In this document: in pieces, positions 1 through 17,819 of the stretch
Layout: the number at the start of each line of letters is the position of its first letter
How positions within the stretch are numbered: the first letter of the stretch is position 1
Made by a program: the position numbers and the translations under genes
The notes under the pieces: model-generated
Databases searched by the model: none
The model's input: only the letters and a program-made list of their open reading frames with translations
What the model was told of the DNA's origin: nothing
Assembly: GCF_009914755.1 (NCBI RefSeq)
Contig: NC_060936.1
Direction: 5' to 3' (one strand)
DNA length: 64,000 nt
Origin: the human T2T-CHM13v2.0 reference genome, Homo sapiens

Positions 1-316
1 AGAGTGGGTATCCTTGTCTTGTTCCAGATTTTCGAGGAAAAGCTTTCAGCTTTTCACATTGAGTATGATGTTAGCTGTGAGATTGTCATATATGGACTTT
101 ATTTATGTTGAGGTACATTCTTTCTATACATATTTTATTGAGATATTTATTATGAAATGTTAATTTTGTCAAATGCTTTTACTGCATCTGTTTAGATGAT
201 CATCTAATTTTATCCTTTATTTTGTTAATGTGCTGTACCGTGTTATTGATTTGCATGTGTTGAATCATCCTGGCATCCCAGGGATAAAACTTATTTTATA
301 ATGGGGTATGATACTA

Positions 317-467
317 TTATTTTTATTTGTTTGTTTATTTAATTATTGTTTTAGAGATGGAAATTTGCTATGTTGCCAAGGCTTGACTTGGACTCCTGGG
401 CTCAATTGATCCTCCTGCTCAGCCTCCCTGAGTAGCTGGGATATAGGCACGTACCACTACGCCTAGT
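317..467 (-). mobile_element. Alu monomer (FLAM-like) inserted in the old L1
   Basis: Reverse-complement Alu left-arm motifs (ctcctgggctcaa, cctcctgctcagcctcc...gtagctggg) preceded by a T-rich tail. Confidence 0.8.
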
Positions 468-1988
468 TCTGATCCTTTTAGTATGCTGTTGAATTCAGTT
501 TGCTAATTTTGTTGAGGATTGTCGCATCTGTGTTCATCAGGGATATTGGCTTATACATTTCTCTTCTTGTGGAGTGTTTGTCTGTCTTTGGATCAGACAT
601 AATCCTTATCAGGATAATGCTGAACTTGTAAAATGAATTCTGAAGTGTTGCCTTCTTTTCAATTTTTCAAGAGTTTGAAAAGGATTGGCATTAATGTTTC
701 TTTAAATATCTGGTAGAATTCACCAGTGAAGGCTTCATGTTCTGAGCTTTTTTTTTGTTGGAAGGTTTTGGCTATTGATTCAGCCTCCTGATTTATCGGT
801 TCAGATTTTCTATTTCTTCATGATTCAATCTTAGTAGGCTGTACATTTTTAGGAATTTCTGTACTTCTTTTAAGTTATCCATTTTTTGTTGGCTTATAAT
901 TGTCCACTTAGTCTCTTATCTTTTATATTTCTGTGCTATCAGCTGTGATTTCTCCTTTTTTATTTAAAATTCTTTTATTTGAGTCTTCTCTCTTTTTTCT
1001 TAGTCTAGCTAAAGGTTTGTCAATATTGTTTATCTTTTAAATAAAGCAATTTTTGGTTATTAATTTTTTTCTATTGTTTTTCCAGTCTCTGTTTCATTTA
1101 CTTCTGCTGTGCTCATTGTCATTTTCTTCCTTTTGCTGACCATGAGCTTGATACATTCTGCTTTTTTCTAGTTCCTTGAGGTATAGAGTTTGTTCATTTG
1201 AGATCTTTCTTTCTTAATGTAGGCATTTATCATTGTAAACTGCCCTCTTATAACTGTTTCTGCTGCATCTCATAACTTTTTATATGCTGTCTTTCCATCT
1301 CTATTTGTCTCAAAATATTTTTTATTTCCCTTTTGATTTCTTATTTGACCAACTGGTTGTTCAAGAGTATGTTGTTTAATTTCCACACGTGTGTAAATTT
1401 TCTGAAATTTCTTCTGTTGTTTATTTCTAGTTTTATACTACTGTGATTTGAGAATATACTTACTATGATTTCAGTCTTCTTAAATTTGTTAAGATTTGTT
1501 TTGTGGTCTAACACATGGTCTATTCTGAAGAATGTTCCATGTGCACTTGAAACAAAAATGTGTGTTCTGCTGATTTTGGGTGGAATGTTCTGCATATGTC
1601 TATTACATCCATTTGGTCTACACTGTTGTTTAATTCTACTGTTTCCTTATTGATTTTCTGTCAGGATGATATTGCCATTAATGAAAGTAGGACATTAAAG
1701 TCCCCTGCTATTATTCTACTGCTATCTATTTCTCTCTTCCGTTATCTTATGTATTTTTCCTTTATATATTTAGGTGTTCTAATGTTGGGTGCATATATAT
1801 TTTTATTGTTATATTCTCTTAATGTATTCACTCCTCTATTATTATATAATAAGTTTCTTTGTCTCTTGTGATAGTTTTTTACTTAAATTCTATTTTATCT
1901 GATAAGTGTAATCACTCTTGCTGTATTTTGGTTACCATTTGCATGGAATAGCTGTTTTCATTCCTTCACTTTCAGCCTGTATGTATTC

Positions 1989-2101
1989 TTTTCCTTCCTT
2001 CCTTCCTTCCTTCCTTCCTTCCTTCCTTCCTTTTTCTTTCTTTCTTTCCTTTCTCTCCCTCTCTTTCCCTTTTTCTGTATTTCCTTTTTTCTTTCTTTTT
2101 T
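1989..2101. repeat. (TTCC)n / CT-rich simple repeat at an Alu tail
   Basis: ttccttccttcc run followed by a pyrimidine tract. Confidence 0.95.
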
Positions 2102-2391
2102 TGACAGAGTCTCCCTCTGTCATCCAGGCTGGAGGGCAATGATGCAGTCACGACTCACTGCACCCTCAACCTCCTGGACTCAAGTGATCCTCCCACCTCA
2201 GCCTCCTGAGTAGTTGGGACTACAGACATGCAGCACCACACCCAGCTAATTTTGTATTCTTGTTTGTTTTTGTTTTGTTGAGACAGGGTATTGTCATGTT
2301 GCCCAGCCTGGACTTGAACTCCTGGGCTCAAGCAATCCACACCCCTTGGTCTCCCAAAGTCCTGGGATTACAGGCATGAGCCACCATGCCC
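2102..2391 (-). mobile_element. AluJ
   Basis: Dimeric Alu with J-type features (ctcaagtgatcctcccacctcagcctcc, ctgggctcaagcaatcc), heavily CpG-decayed. Confidence 0.88.
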
Positions 2392-2856
2392 ATGTGTGTA
2401 TTCTTAAAGTGAAAGTAAGTCTCCTTAAGTAGTATATAGTGTTTTCATTTGTCTGATTTTATCTATTCTTCTGCTATATGGCTTTTGATTAGAGAATTTA
2501 GCCCATTTACTTTAAAGTAATTATAAGTAGGAAAGGACTACTCTCATTTAAATTAATTTTTTGTTTTGTGGTTTTTCTATTTCTTTATTACACTTTTACT
2601 GTCTTTTGTGATTTGATGATTTTCTGTAAAGCTATTCTTTTATTTTTTTATTATTATACTTGAAGTTCTAGAGTACATGTGAACAACCTGCAAGTTTGTT
2701 ACATATGTATACATGTGCCATGTTGATTTGCTGCACCCATTAACTCATCATTTACTTTAGGTATCTATCCTAATGCTATCCCTCCCCCATCCCCCCACCC
2801 CATGACAGGCTCCACTGTGTGATGTTCCCCTTCCTGTGTCCAGGTGTTCTCATTGT

Positions 2857-6681
<3,825 letters not shown>

Positions 6682-6744
6682 TATGATGTTAGCTGGTTAT
6701 TTTGCTCATTAGTTGATGCAGTTTCTTCCTAGCATCAATGGTCT

Positions 6745-7770
6745 TTACAATTTGGCATGTTTTTGCAGTGGCTGGTACTGGTTGTTTCTTTCTATGTTTG
6801 GTGCTTTCTTCAGGAGCTCTTGTATGGCAGGCCTGGTAGTGACAAAATCTCTCAGCATTTGCTTGTCTGCAAAGAATTTTATTTCTCCTTCACTTATGAA
6901 GCTTAGTTTGGCTGGGTATGAAATTCTGGGTTGAAAATTCTTTTCTTTAAGAATGTTGAATATTAGCCCCCACTGTCTTCTGGCTTGTAGAGTTTCTGCT
7001 GACAGATCTGCTATTAGTCTGATGGGCTTCCCTTTGTGGGTAACCCAACCTTTCAGTCTGGCTGCCCTTAACATTTTTTCCTTCATTTCAACTTTGGTGA
7101 ATCTGACAATTATGTGTCTTGGGGTTGCTATTCTCAAGGAGTATCTTTGTGGCATTCTCTGTATTTCCTGAATTTGAATGTTGGCCTGCCTTGCTAGGTT
7201 GGGGAAGTTCTCCTGGATAATATTCTGAAGAGTGTTTTCCTGCTTGGTTTCATTCTCCCCGTGACTTTCAGGTACACCAATCCAATGTAGATTTGGTCTT
7301 TTCACACAGTTCTATATTTCTTGGAGGCTTTGTTTGTTTCTTTTTACTCTTTTTTCCCTAAACTTCTCTTTTCACTTCATTTCATTAATTTGATCTTCAA
7401 TCACTTATACCCTTTCTTCCAGTTGATCGAATTGGCTACTGAAGCTTGTGCATGCATCACGTAGTTCTTGTGCCATGATTTCCAGCTCCATCAGGTCATT
7501 TATGGTCTTCTCTACACTGTGTATTCTAGTTAACCATTCATCTAATCTTTTTTCAAGGTTTTTAGCTTCCTTGTGATGGGTTCGAACATCCTCCTTTAGC
7601 TCGGAGAAGTTTGTTATTACTGACCTTCTGAAGCCTACTTCTGTCAACTCTTCAAAGTCATTTTCCATCCAGTTTTGTTCTGTTGCTGGGGCAGAGCTGT
7701 GATCCTTTGGAGGAGAATAGGTGCTCTGATTTTTAGAATTTTCAGCTCTTCTGCTCTAGTTTCTCCCCAC
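6745..7770 (-). pseudogene. L1 ORF1, start codon mutated to GTG and frameshifted
   Basis: MENDFEEL... and KRPNLHWIGVPE...QPLQKHAKL fragments; gtttctccccac at 7760-7770 where cat (ATG) is expected. Confidence 0.9.
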
Positions 7771-8370
7771 CTTTGTGGTATCATCTACCTTTGGTCTTTG
7801 ATGATGGTGACCTACAGATGGGATTTTGGTGTGGATGTCCTTTTTGTTGACGTTGATGCTATTCCTTTCTGTTTGTTAGTTTTCCTTCTAACTGTCAGGT
7901 CCCTCAGCTGCAAATCTGTTGGAGTTTGCTGGAGGTCCACTCTAGACCCTGTTTTCCTGGGTACCACCAGCAGAGGCTGCAGAACAACAAATATTGCAGA
8001 ACAGCAAATATTGCTGCCTGTTCCTTCCTCTGGATGCTTCGTCTCAGAGGGGCACACAGCTATATGAGGTTTCAGTTGGCCCCTACTGGGAGGTGTCTCC
8101 CAGTTAGGCTACACAGGTGTCAGGGACCCACTTGAGGAGGCAGTCTGTCCGTTCTCAGAGCTCAAACACTGTGCTGGGAGAACCACTGCTCTCTTCAAAG
8201 CTGTCAGACAGGGATGTTTAAGTCTGCAGAAGTTTCTGCTGCCTTTTGTTCAGCTATGCCCTACCCCCAGAGGTGGAGTCTACAGAGGCAGGCAGGCCTC
8301 CTTGAGCTGCAGTGGGCTCCACCCAGTTCGAGCTTCCTGGCTGCTTTGTTTACCTACTCAAGCCTCAGCA

Positions 8371-8886
8371 ATGGCGGATGCCCCTCCCCCAGCCACGCTG
8401 CCAAATGGCAGCTCAATCTCAGACTGCTGCACTAGCAGTGAGCCAGACTCTGAGGACGTGGGACCCACTGAGCCAGGCACGAGATATAATCTCCTGGTGT
8501 GCCATTTGCTAAGACCATTGGAAAAGCACAGTATTTGGGTGGCAGTGTCCCTATTGTCCAGTTACAGTCTGTCACAGCTTCCCTTGGCTAGGAAAGGGAA
8601 ATCCCCCACCCTTTTGTGCTTCCTGGATGAGGCAATGCCCCACTTTGCTTCAGCTCACCCTCCGTGGGCTGCACCCACTGTCCAACCAGTCCCAGTGAGA
8701 TTAACCAGGTACCTTAGTTGGAAATGCAGAAATCACCCATCTTCTGTGTCGATCATGCTGGGAGCTGCAGACTGGAGATGTTCCTATTCGGCCATCTTGG
8801 AACTGGTCCTCTCTTTTATTTCTTTTTATCTTTGTGTATTTACTACTGGTTTTTGCTTTGGGGTTACCATGAAATTTACAAAATAA
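8371..8886 (+). CDS. Putative L1 ORF0 (antisense 5'UTR ORF), open and C-terminally extended to 171 aa; translation unproven
   Basis: ATG at 8371 in gcaATGG context; MADAPPPATLPNGSSISDCC...VGPTEPG resembles L1HS ORF0 (MAGAPPPASLPPCSLISDCC...VGPSEPG); no stop until 8884-8886. Confidence 0.45.
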   Translation: MADAPPPATLPNGSSISDCCTSSEPDSEDVGPTEPGTRYNLLVCHLLRPLEKHSIWVAVSLLSSYSLSQLPLARKGKSPTLLCFLDEAMPHFASAHPPWAAPTVQPVPVRLTRYLSWKCRNHPSSVSIMLGAADWRCSYSAILELVLSFISFYLCVFTTGFCFGVTMKFTK

Positions 8887-11659
8887 AATTCTTATAGCAG
8901 TATATTTTAGCCTGATAAAACTTAATTTTAATAGCATACAAAAACACTACATTTTAACTTCTTCTTTCCCCATACTTTATATTATTGATATCACAGTTTC
9001 TGTTTTTTACATATCATGCATCCATTAATAAATTATTTTAGCTATATTCATTTGTAACACTTTTGTGTTTTGACCTTTATACTAGAGTTAAAAGTGATTT
9101 ATGCACAGCCATTATGGTATTTGAGTATTCAGAATTTGGCTGTATTCTCATCATTACAGCATATTTTCACATGTTTTTAAGCTATTAGTTAGTGTTCTTT
9201 CATTTCAACTTGTAGAATTCTCTTTTTTAAGGCAGGTCTAGTGGTAATGAACTCCTTCAGCTTTTATTTGCCTGGAAAAGCCCTTATCTCTCTATTATCT
9301 TTGAAAGACAGACTTACCATGTATGGTATTCTTAGTTGGCAGACTTTTCTTTCAACATTTAAAATATATTATCCCACTCTCATCTTGCCTGCAAAGTTTC
9401 TAATGAGAAATCCACTGGTAGACTTACAAACATGGCTTTATATGTGGCAAGTTGCTTTTTTTCTTGCTGTTTTCAAAACTCTCTGTTTTTGACTTTTGAT
9501 AATATGATTATAATATGTCTTGGTGTATATCTTCTTATTTTTAATCCATTTGACAGTGTTCGGGCTTTGTCGATGTGGATGTTCATTTCCCTTTCTGATT
9601 TAGGGAGTTTTCTGTTATTATTGTTGTTGTTCTTCTTATTATTTGGTCAGAAAAGCTGCCAAGATGTCATAATTTCTTTAAATAAACTCTATGCCAATAA
9701 TCCACGTATTGGCTTGCTCCCATAATACGTATATTAGTTCACTTAATGGTGTCTTGTAATTCCTGTAGACTTTCGTTACTCTTTTTCCTTCTGTTTTCTT
9801 TTTGTTCCTCTGACCAGGTAACTTCAAATGATCTGTCTTCAAGCTCATCAATTCTTTCTTCTGCTTGATTGAGTTTGCTACTTAAGCTTTCTATGAAATT
9901 TCTCAGTATAGTCATTATGTTATTTAGCTTCAGAATTTCTGTGTAGTTCTTTTGTATGGTTTCTGTATTTATTGAGCTTCTAATTTTGTTTGTATATTGT
10001 TTTCATGATTTTGTTTAGTTGCTGATCAGTATCTCTTGTAGCTCACTGGGCATTTTTATGATTATTGTTTTTAATTTTTGTCCAGCAGTTTGTAAATCTC
10101 TGTTTCTTTAGGATCAGTTACTACTGCTTTATTTTATTCCTTTGGTGGTGTCACATTTCCTTCCCATGGGATCATGTGGCCCTGCATTGGTATGTGTGCA
10201 TTTGAAGAAGTAAGCACCATTTCCAGTCTTTATAGACTGGCTTTGGTAGAGAAAGTTCTTTACCAGTCAGCCAGTCCATATTCTGGGCAGGTCATCTGCC
10301 TGGGTTCATGGAAAGGCTTGACACTGGAGTTCACGGACAATCTGGGTGGGTGCTTAGATCAGCAGGTGGGCAGACTTGATACTTGGGTCCAATGTGCCTG
10401 GCCAGGAGCCTGGATTCATGGGGCCTGGCATAGAGACTAGGTCCACTGGAATGAGCCTGGATTTTAGGGTCTACTAGGGTGGGCCAGGATCCTGGGTTTA
10501 TGGGGGCCAGCCTGGTTTTGGAGTTCACTGGGGTGGACCTGTTGACTGGGTCCATGGGGCTGGGCTTGAGGCCTGGGTCCCTGGGGATGGGTCTGGAGCT
10601 TGTGTTTGTGGTAACTGAACTGGACTCTGGGTCCATGGGTACCAGCCTGGTGCTGAGGTGGATCTTTAGCCTGAGAACATGGGAGCTAGCCCAGTAATGG
10701 GGTGGGCCTGTTGCCTCACTCCATGAGGGCATGCCTGGCTCCTGAGTCTGCAGAAGCTGTCCTTGAGCCTGGATACTCAGGGCAGTTCTGGAGCCTAGGT
10801 CAACAGGGGCCAGCCCAGTGCTGAGATAAACTGGGGAAGGCATGAAATCTGTTCTACTGCAGTAGATCTGTACCTTGGGTATCCTAGAGCCTAGTTTCAT
10901 GGGGACTGGCTTGAAGCTTGGGTCTGGTACTAAGGCATGCCTAGAGCCAGGGTCCATAAAGGCTGGTCTGCAGTTTGAGTTCATGGGTGCTAACCTGATG
11001 CCTGGTGTCACAGAGGCTTTCCTGGAGGCTTGCTCTTCAGGTTCTAGCCTGGAGACTGATTCTGCAGATTCTAGCCTGGAGACTAGGTCCCTGGGGGCTG
11101 ATCTGGACCCTGGGGCCTCAGGTATTGGTCTGGCATTGGGGTGGCCCTGAAGCCTAGGGCTGCAGGTGCCAGACCAGAGTCTGGACTGTGGGGGCGGGAG
11201 CTGGGACAGGCCTGAAGCCTGGGGCTATGGAGCTGGCGTAGCCCTAGGGCAGGCCTGAACCCTGGAGCTGCAGGGCCAACCTGGAGCCAATAGCTATAGG
11301 TGCTGACCTCATGCTGGGTTCCACTGGAAGGGGTGTCTCATGCTGGGTTCCACTAGTGCTGGTGTCCATTGCAAAGTCAGGTGCTCACTTCCCTTTGCTT
11401 ACTCCAAGCAGAGTCTCTCTTTGTCCTGTGCTGCCTGGGCTTTGGGATAGGGTGAAGCAAGTAATGTGACACTGTCCTTCCTACCGTCTTCAAGGTATCT
11501 TTTCTTATTTCTGTGCCATACTCACATGCTATAATCTCTCACCTGGATTCCTTAGCTCTTATGTAGTATTGTCACTTGTAGATAGTTTTCAAATTGATGG
11601 TTCTGCAAGGGAATAAGTGCTGGAAAATCCTATTCTGCCATCTTGCTGACATCACTCCT
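8822..11659 (-). mobile_element. 5' part (ORF1 region and 5'UTR) of the ancient host L1M, including its 5' terminus
   Basis: Degenerate ORF1-type sequence at about 9.2-10.1 kb; terminus reads GGAGTGATGTCAGCAAGATGGCAGAATAGG (YY1 motif) on - at about 11630-11659. Confidence 0.8.
10330..11360. repeat. Degenerate 27-bp G-rich tandem array in the L1M 5' region
   Basis: Consecutive 27-bp units, e.g. 10548-10574 gggtccatggggctgggcttgaggcct and 10575-10601 gggtccctggggatgggtctggagctt. Confidence 0.85.
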
Positions 11660-13862
11660 TTGTATTTCCAGCATAAAGATTTTTTAAAGCACTTTGTATT
11701 CAGAGCTCCCATATCACTTAATATCTTTTTTGTCCCAGTATGCTTACCCAGTTTACCACTTCCATATATCTTTAATGCATCTGTTCAAAACTCGCTAACA
11801 CTCATCATACCACTTTAGCTCTTTACACTCCTTGTAAATGTAACGCCTGCCTTGAAATGTAAGGAAAAGATTTCTTCTTTGACTTCCCTCATCAGCTCTT
11901 CTCTAGGAAGCCTTCCAAATAGATCAGTGTGATTTTCAAGTTTTTAGTTCACATATTCTTTGCTTTTTTGAAAAATTAATGCTCTTTATTTCTCTAAGTT
12001 TATTTGAGGTCCTTATCTTCTAAAAGACAGTCTCCTTAACTAAAATTACCTTTGTGACTTCCTTAATAAAAATAAAATCAGAATTCCCAAATCTCCCAAC
12101 TGACAAACAGTTTCTACGTGCAAAAGGGGTTACTGGACCATAGGCTGACCCTGTGACTCAGCTTCCTCTTGAATGCCACAAGAGATCATTTTGCTGCTAC
12201 TGTAATGACCTCAGAAGCTGCTGCTTTAACTTTGTTACATTATTCTCATTTTCACTTATTTTTTCTCAGTCAGAGACACAGGAAATGGTGCTACAGGTTG
12301 TGTTATGAACAAGGGATCTGGATAAAGTGAGTTACAAGGCGTGTTGGTGGAAATGCAGCTCATGTTCCCCTGGCCAAGCACTGCCTGCACAGAGCAGAGC
12401 CTTTTTCTAATTTGCAAAAAGACAACAAGGTCACCTGGCCTGAAATATTTGCGTAACACCTAACTAAAGGGATAATCAAAATAAAACGCTAGAGAAAGTA
12501 ACATATCATACAGAATATCCTAGCACAGCAATACATCTCCTACTGGCACTCTCCTCATAAATATCCCCCTATTTCTTCCTGGGCCAGGATCCCTATGACC
12601 ACCTGCCCCTACAACAAGAGAACATTTCAAACCCTGCAGAGGCCTTGGACAAGTAAAATGAGAATAAAAAGGATGTGTTGTGAAGACTCCATGAAAAAAA
12701 TATATATATATGTATATATATATATATGAAAATATATACATGTGAGAAATGTATATAGAGTTTTCAAAACCATGTCTGGCACATAGCAATTACTCACTAT
12801 TGGTAGCTCCTATCATGATTCAGTAAACGCTGATATCTCTTTTCCTCCTTTGTCATTCCCAACTCCATATTCAAAGTCACCAATGAAAAGATTAGATTTT
12901 GAACACTAAACAGATTTTATGGGTCATTAACTTGAATATCAACACAAGTAAATAAATACATACCTTTCTTCTAAGAAAATAATATATGAATGACATTTAT
13001 GAAATATTTATAGAATGTTTATTAAAGCACATGTTCACATTTAATGTTAGAGGTGTATATGTTAAAAGTGCCTACTAGATCTACATACTATTCAAATGCC
13101 TATATCATAGCACAACAAACTTTTGAGTTTCATAGATTTTTATTTTAAAAAGGAACACTCTGATTTGTATAATGCTACTCCTTATAGCTACCAGTTGTAT
13201 TCTACTAGAAGTCAGGGTGCCTGGTCACTTACAAGGACAAAATTCAGACTCCTTTGGAAAATATCCATGTTCCCTTTGACTTAGAAAGGAGAAACAATCC
13301 TTCCTGACACATCACTGGCCTTGGACTGATTTCATTCTCTTACGTGGAGGAGCTGATAACATCTTACAGTCACATATGCTTGTTAGTGCAATCTTTTACA
13401 AAGAACTAAAGTGTGCCACTGAGTGTCATTTAGACTTAGTCAAGCTGGATTTATATAAAGTAGAATGTGCTAAAGGTAAGAACTGATCTAAGTGATATTT
13501 TTAGATCTTTTTTAATTTAAAAATGTTTATGTCACCATTAGCACATTCATTCAAGTAGCATTCAATTATGAGATTGGGCTTTTGCAAATATAATTTACCA
13601 AATTAAGCGGAAGAAAATAACTTTAAGCCTTATTTTAACTGCCTTTGTAGTTCAGTTTTTGAAAAAGTAATTCTTATTTTTCCAAAAATGTTTAAATACT
13701 CCCTGTTGGAATGGCAATTCACTAAATACTTTGATAAAGATAAATAGAGATTAGTATAAAGTAATAAAGATACCCTCTAGGAATCATCATTCTGTCATTC
13801 CTCAGTGAAATAAGCCTAGACACTCTCTTCTTCTCCATCCCCATTATCTACCAGGTTGGACA

Positions 13863-14195
13863 TCAGAGATCACACACTCGAAACTCAGGAATACCAGACA
13901 GGAAAGCAAAGGACATGTGCCTAGTATAAGGCCATAGAGGTATAGGGACTGTGGAAAACTGGAGCCACTATGACTCATCTTCATATAGTCATGGCTATTT
14001 AGCTCTAGCTAATTATTGCAACTCTAGGCCCATTGCTAAAAAAAACTACATATTTTTGGAACTTCTTTTCAATTTTTAAATGTTGAAAACTAATTCAATT
14101 TATATAAATTCTGTAAGTCTATTCTGGTGTGGAAAAAAAGACAGTAGCTACAAGGCAGAATCAACCCGTATACTACTCAGTTACATCTGACTCAG
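13863..14195. mobile_element. MER102-like hAT-Charlie DNA transposon relic
   Basis: gggactgtggaaaactggag, ctatttagctctagctaattattgc and tttttaaatgttgaaaactaattcaa motifs. Confidence 0.65.
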
Positions 14196-14254
14196 AGTAA
14201 AATGAAATTAGAAGATAGAACTGTTGGAAATAGCAAGGATAACAGAAAAAAAAG

Positions 14255-14810
14255 CATCAGGAATTCTTTGGTTGCAAGTGACAGAAAATTCAACTCCAAT
14301 TGGCTTTTCAAGAGGGGAGAAATTTACTCTTTCATGTAAGTGAAAAATCCAGATGTAGGTCTAAATTCAGGCAGGACTAGATCTGGCAATTCAGTCAGCA
14401 TCATTTATCTTTATTCCTACCCTTGACCTTCCAAGGTGTCTGCATGCTTGCTTTATCCTCAGGCTCTCTTTGGTGGCGCTCAGAAGATTTCGGCTGATCC
14501 ATTAGAGTTGAAAAGTAGCTGCCATGTTGCAGACTCCACATCTTCACACTATACCTACTAAGAAAAGAAAGAAGTGTTTTAGTTCCTGCAGAAGAGAGAG
14601 TAAATTTCTCTTTTCAATAGGGCAAAAAATTTTCTCATTGTATGTAACTACCTTCAGTGAGGTTTAAGTCCTTCCCTGGAAGGACCAGGAGATGGTATCA
14701 TATTTAATGTAAGCCATTCAGAGTTTCAGGGGTTCCCTCGGAACAACCCCACCCAATAATACACCACTGAGAATGAGAGAAGGTGGGTTCATGATATTTC
14801 CTTTAGGAAT
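14255..14810 (-). mobile_element. Old MaLR LTR (MLT1K/L-like)
   Basis: atcaggaattctttggttgcaagtgacagaaaattcaactc is the typical antisense end of old MLT1 LTRs. Confidence 0.6.
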
Positions 14811-14845
14811 TACTGCATTAGAGAAGGGGAAATAGACTCAGCCAC

Positions 14846-14849
<4 letters not shown>

Positions 14850-14903
<54 letters not shown>
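14850..14903. repeat. (CA)n microsatellite
   Basis: Direct reading. Confidence 0.97.
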
Positions 14904-14904
<1 letters not shown>

Positions 14905-15224
14905 CAGATTGGGGGAAATTGTGAAACTGAAAATACAAAATTAGGGAAAAATGTTTTTTGTAAAGTACCAATAAATATAAAAATTTCAATAATTAGGGTG
15001 TGGGGATCAAAGAGATTATTGCAGATTATAAAGTACAAGAGCAGAAAATATCCACTGTAAAAAAAAAAAGTACTAGAAGAAAACATGGGATAATTTTTAT
15101 TCTTATTATTTTAAAGGGAGTAAAACTTTTTAGTTAAAATGTAAAACTCAGAAGCCATAGAGGATAAGCTAGATAAATTTGATGGCATAAAACTTAAAAG
15201 TTTTACATGTTTACCATAACACAA

Positions 15225-16836
<1,612 letters not shown>

Positions 16837-17164
16837 AGACATAATTTTTTTAAAAATAAGGTAACAAAGGGCAATACATTGGTAACAGTTTTGATGCACA
16901 AAGACATATCTTAATGTTTAAAGAGCTCTTACACATCAAAAGGAAAGATAATCTCAATTTAAGCCAAAAATGGCTTTAAAATATGAAAACTATGTTTAAC
17001 TTTGGTAATAATGAAAGAAATGTAAATCAATAGATGCAGACATTGTTGGACTCCACCCAACCTGCAATAGAGAAATAGCATGAAAACATTATTGTTTTTT
17101 GCGATTGTTTATTGCGATTACAAGATTGTTAGCAACCAGGGTGTAACTTACTCTATCCTGACTA

Positions 17165-17810
17165 ATAAAGAATTAGTACCAGAACTGTGTGATATAATAA
17201 CAAGGAATATGTGCCATGGAGTTAGAGGTTGGGTTTGTTCAGGGAGAAAACTTTCACCTGAGGCTGTAAAGATGGGGACACATTTCATTCAGTAGAAAAA
17301 CATAGCAAAATTATCACCAGAAAAAAAAATCAGAGATCAGTTTACGTATCTGTTAGAACCGAAGCCTTTAGGGGAAGATATTAAAAGACAAAATGTTAAT
17401 AGCAAGTGTTAGTTTCTATTGACTGCATTTGGGAAGGTGCACACTGGCTTTACAGTGATGCCAGAGCAAATCACATTCAGTAGAAACTGTGCTTTGAGAA
17501 CGTATTCTGCTTTTCACTTTCAGTATAGTATTCAATAAATAAATAAAGTGAACTATTCAATACTTCATAATAAAAATAAGCTTTGTGTTAGATGATTTTG
17601 CTCAACCGTACATTAATGTAAGTGTTCTTAGCACATTTAAGGTAAACTAAGCTGTTATGATGTTTGGTAGGTTGGGTGTATTAAATACGTGTTTGACTTA
17701 TGATATTTTCCATTTATGTCGGGTTTATTGGGACATAACCCCATTGTAAGTCAAGGAAGCACCTGTATTACAAGAAATAAATTCAGAAGAGAATTAGCTG
17801 TCTCATCAGC
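17165..17810 (+). mobile_element. MaLR internal (MLT1-int-like) fragment interrupted by MER47
   Basis: Starts gaattagtaccaga; ctattgactgcatttgggaaggt...attacaagaaa resumes after the DNA transposon. Confidence 0.45.
17447..17765 (-). mobile_element. MER47A-like TcMar-Tigger element
   Basis: Terminal gggtttattgggacataaccccattgtaagtcaaggaagcacctg followed by TA. Confidence 0.8.
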
Positions 17811-17819
17811 AGGAATACA

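Larger units (their letters stand above)
1..2635 (-). mobile_element. Ancient L1 (L1M/L1MA-MB class), ORF2 5' half and inter-ORF region; continues off the left edge
   Basis: Degenerate ORF2 endonuclease translation at 1341-1595 (-), HIFVSSAHGTFFRIDHVLDHKTNLNKFKK...SNHSSIKLEIN; collinear with the host L1 resuming after 8821. Confidence 0.85.

Noticed and set aside
1918-2142. Low-complexity ORFs (FLPS and GRKE repeats), and the similar poly-Y/I/F/K ORFs near 48.8-49.1, 56.5-56.8 and 61.1-61.4 kb
   Set aside because: These are translations of microsatellites and Alu tails.
10330-11360. CRISPR-like or prokaryotic repeat array
   Set aside because: The units are contiguous and degenerate with no unique spacers, and the context is a mammalian L1.
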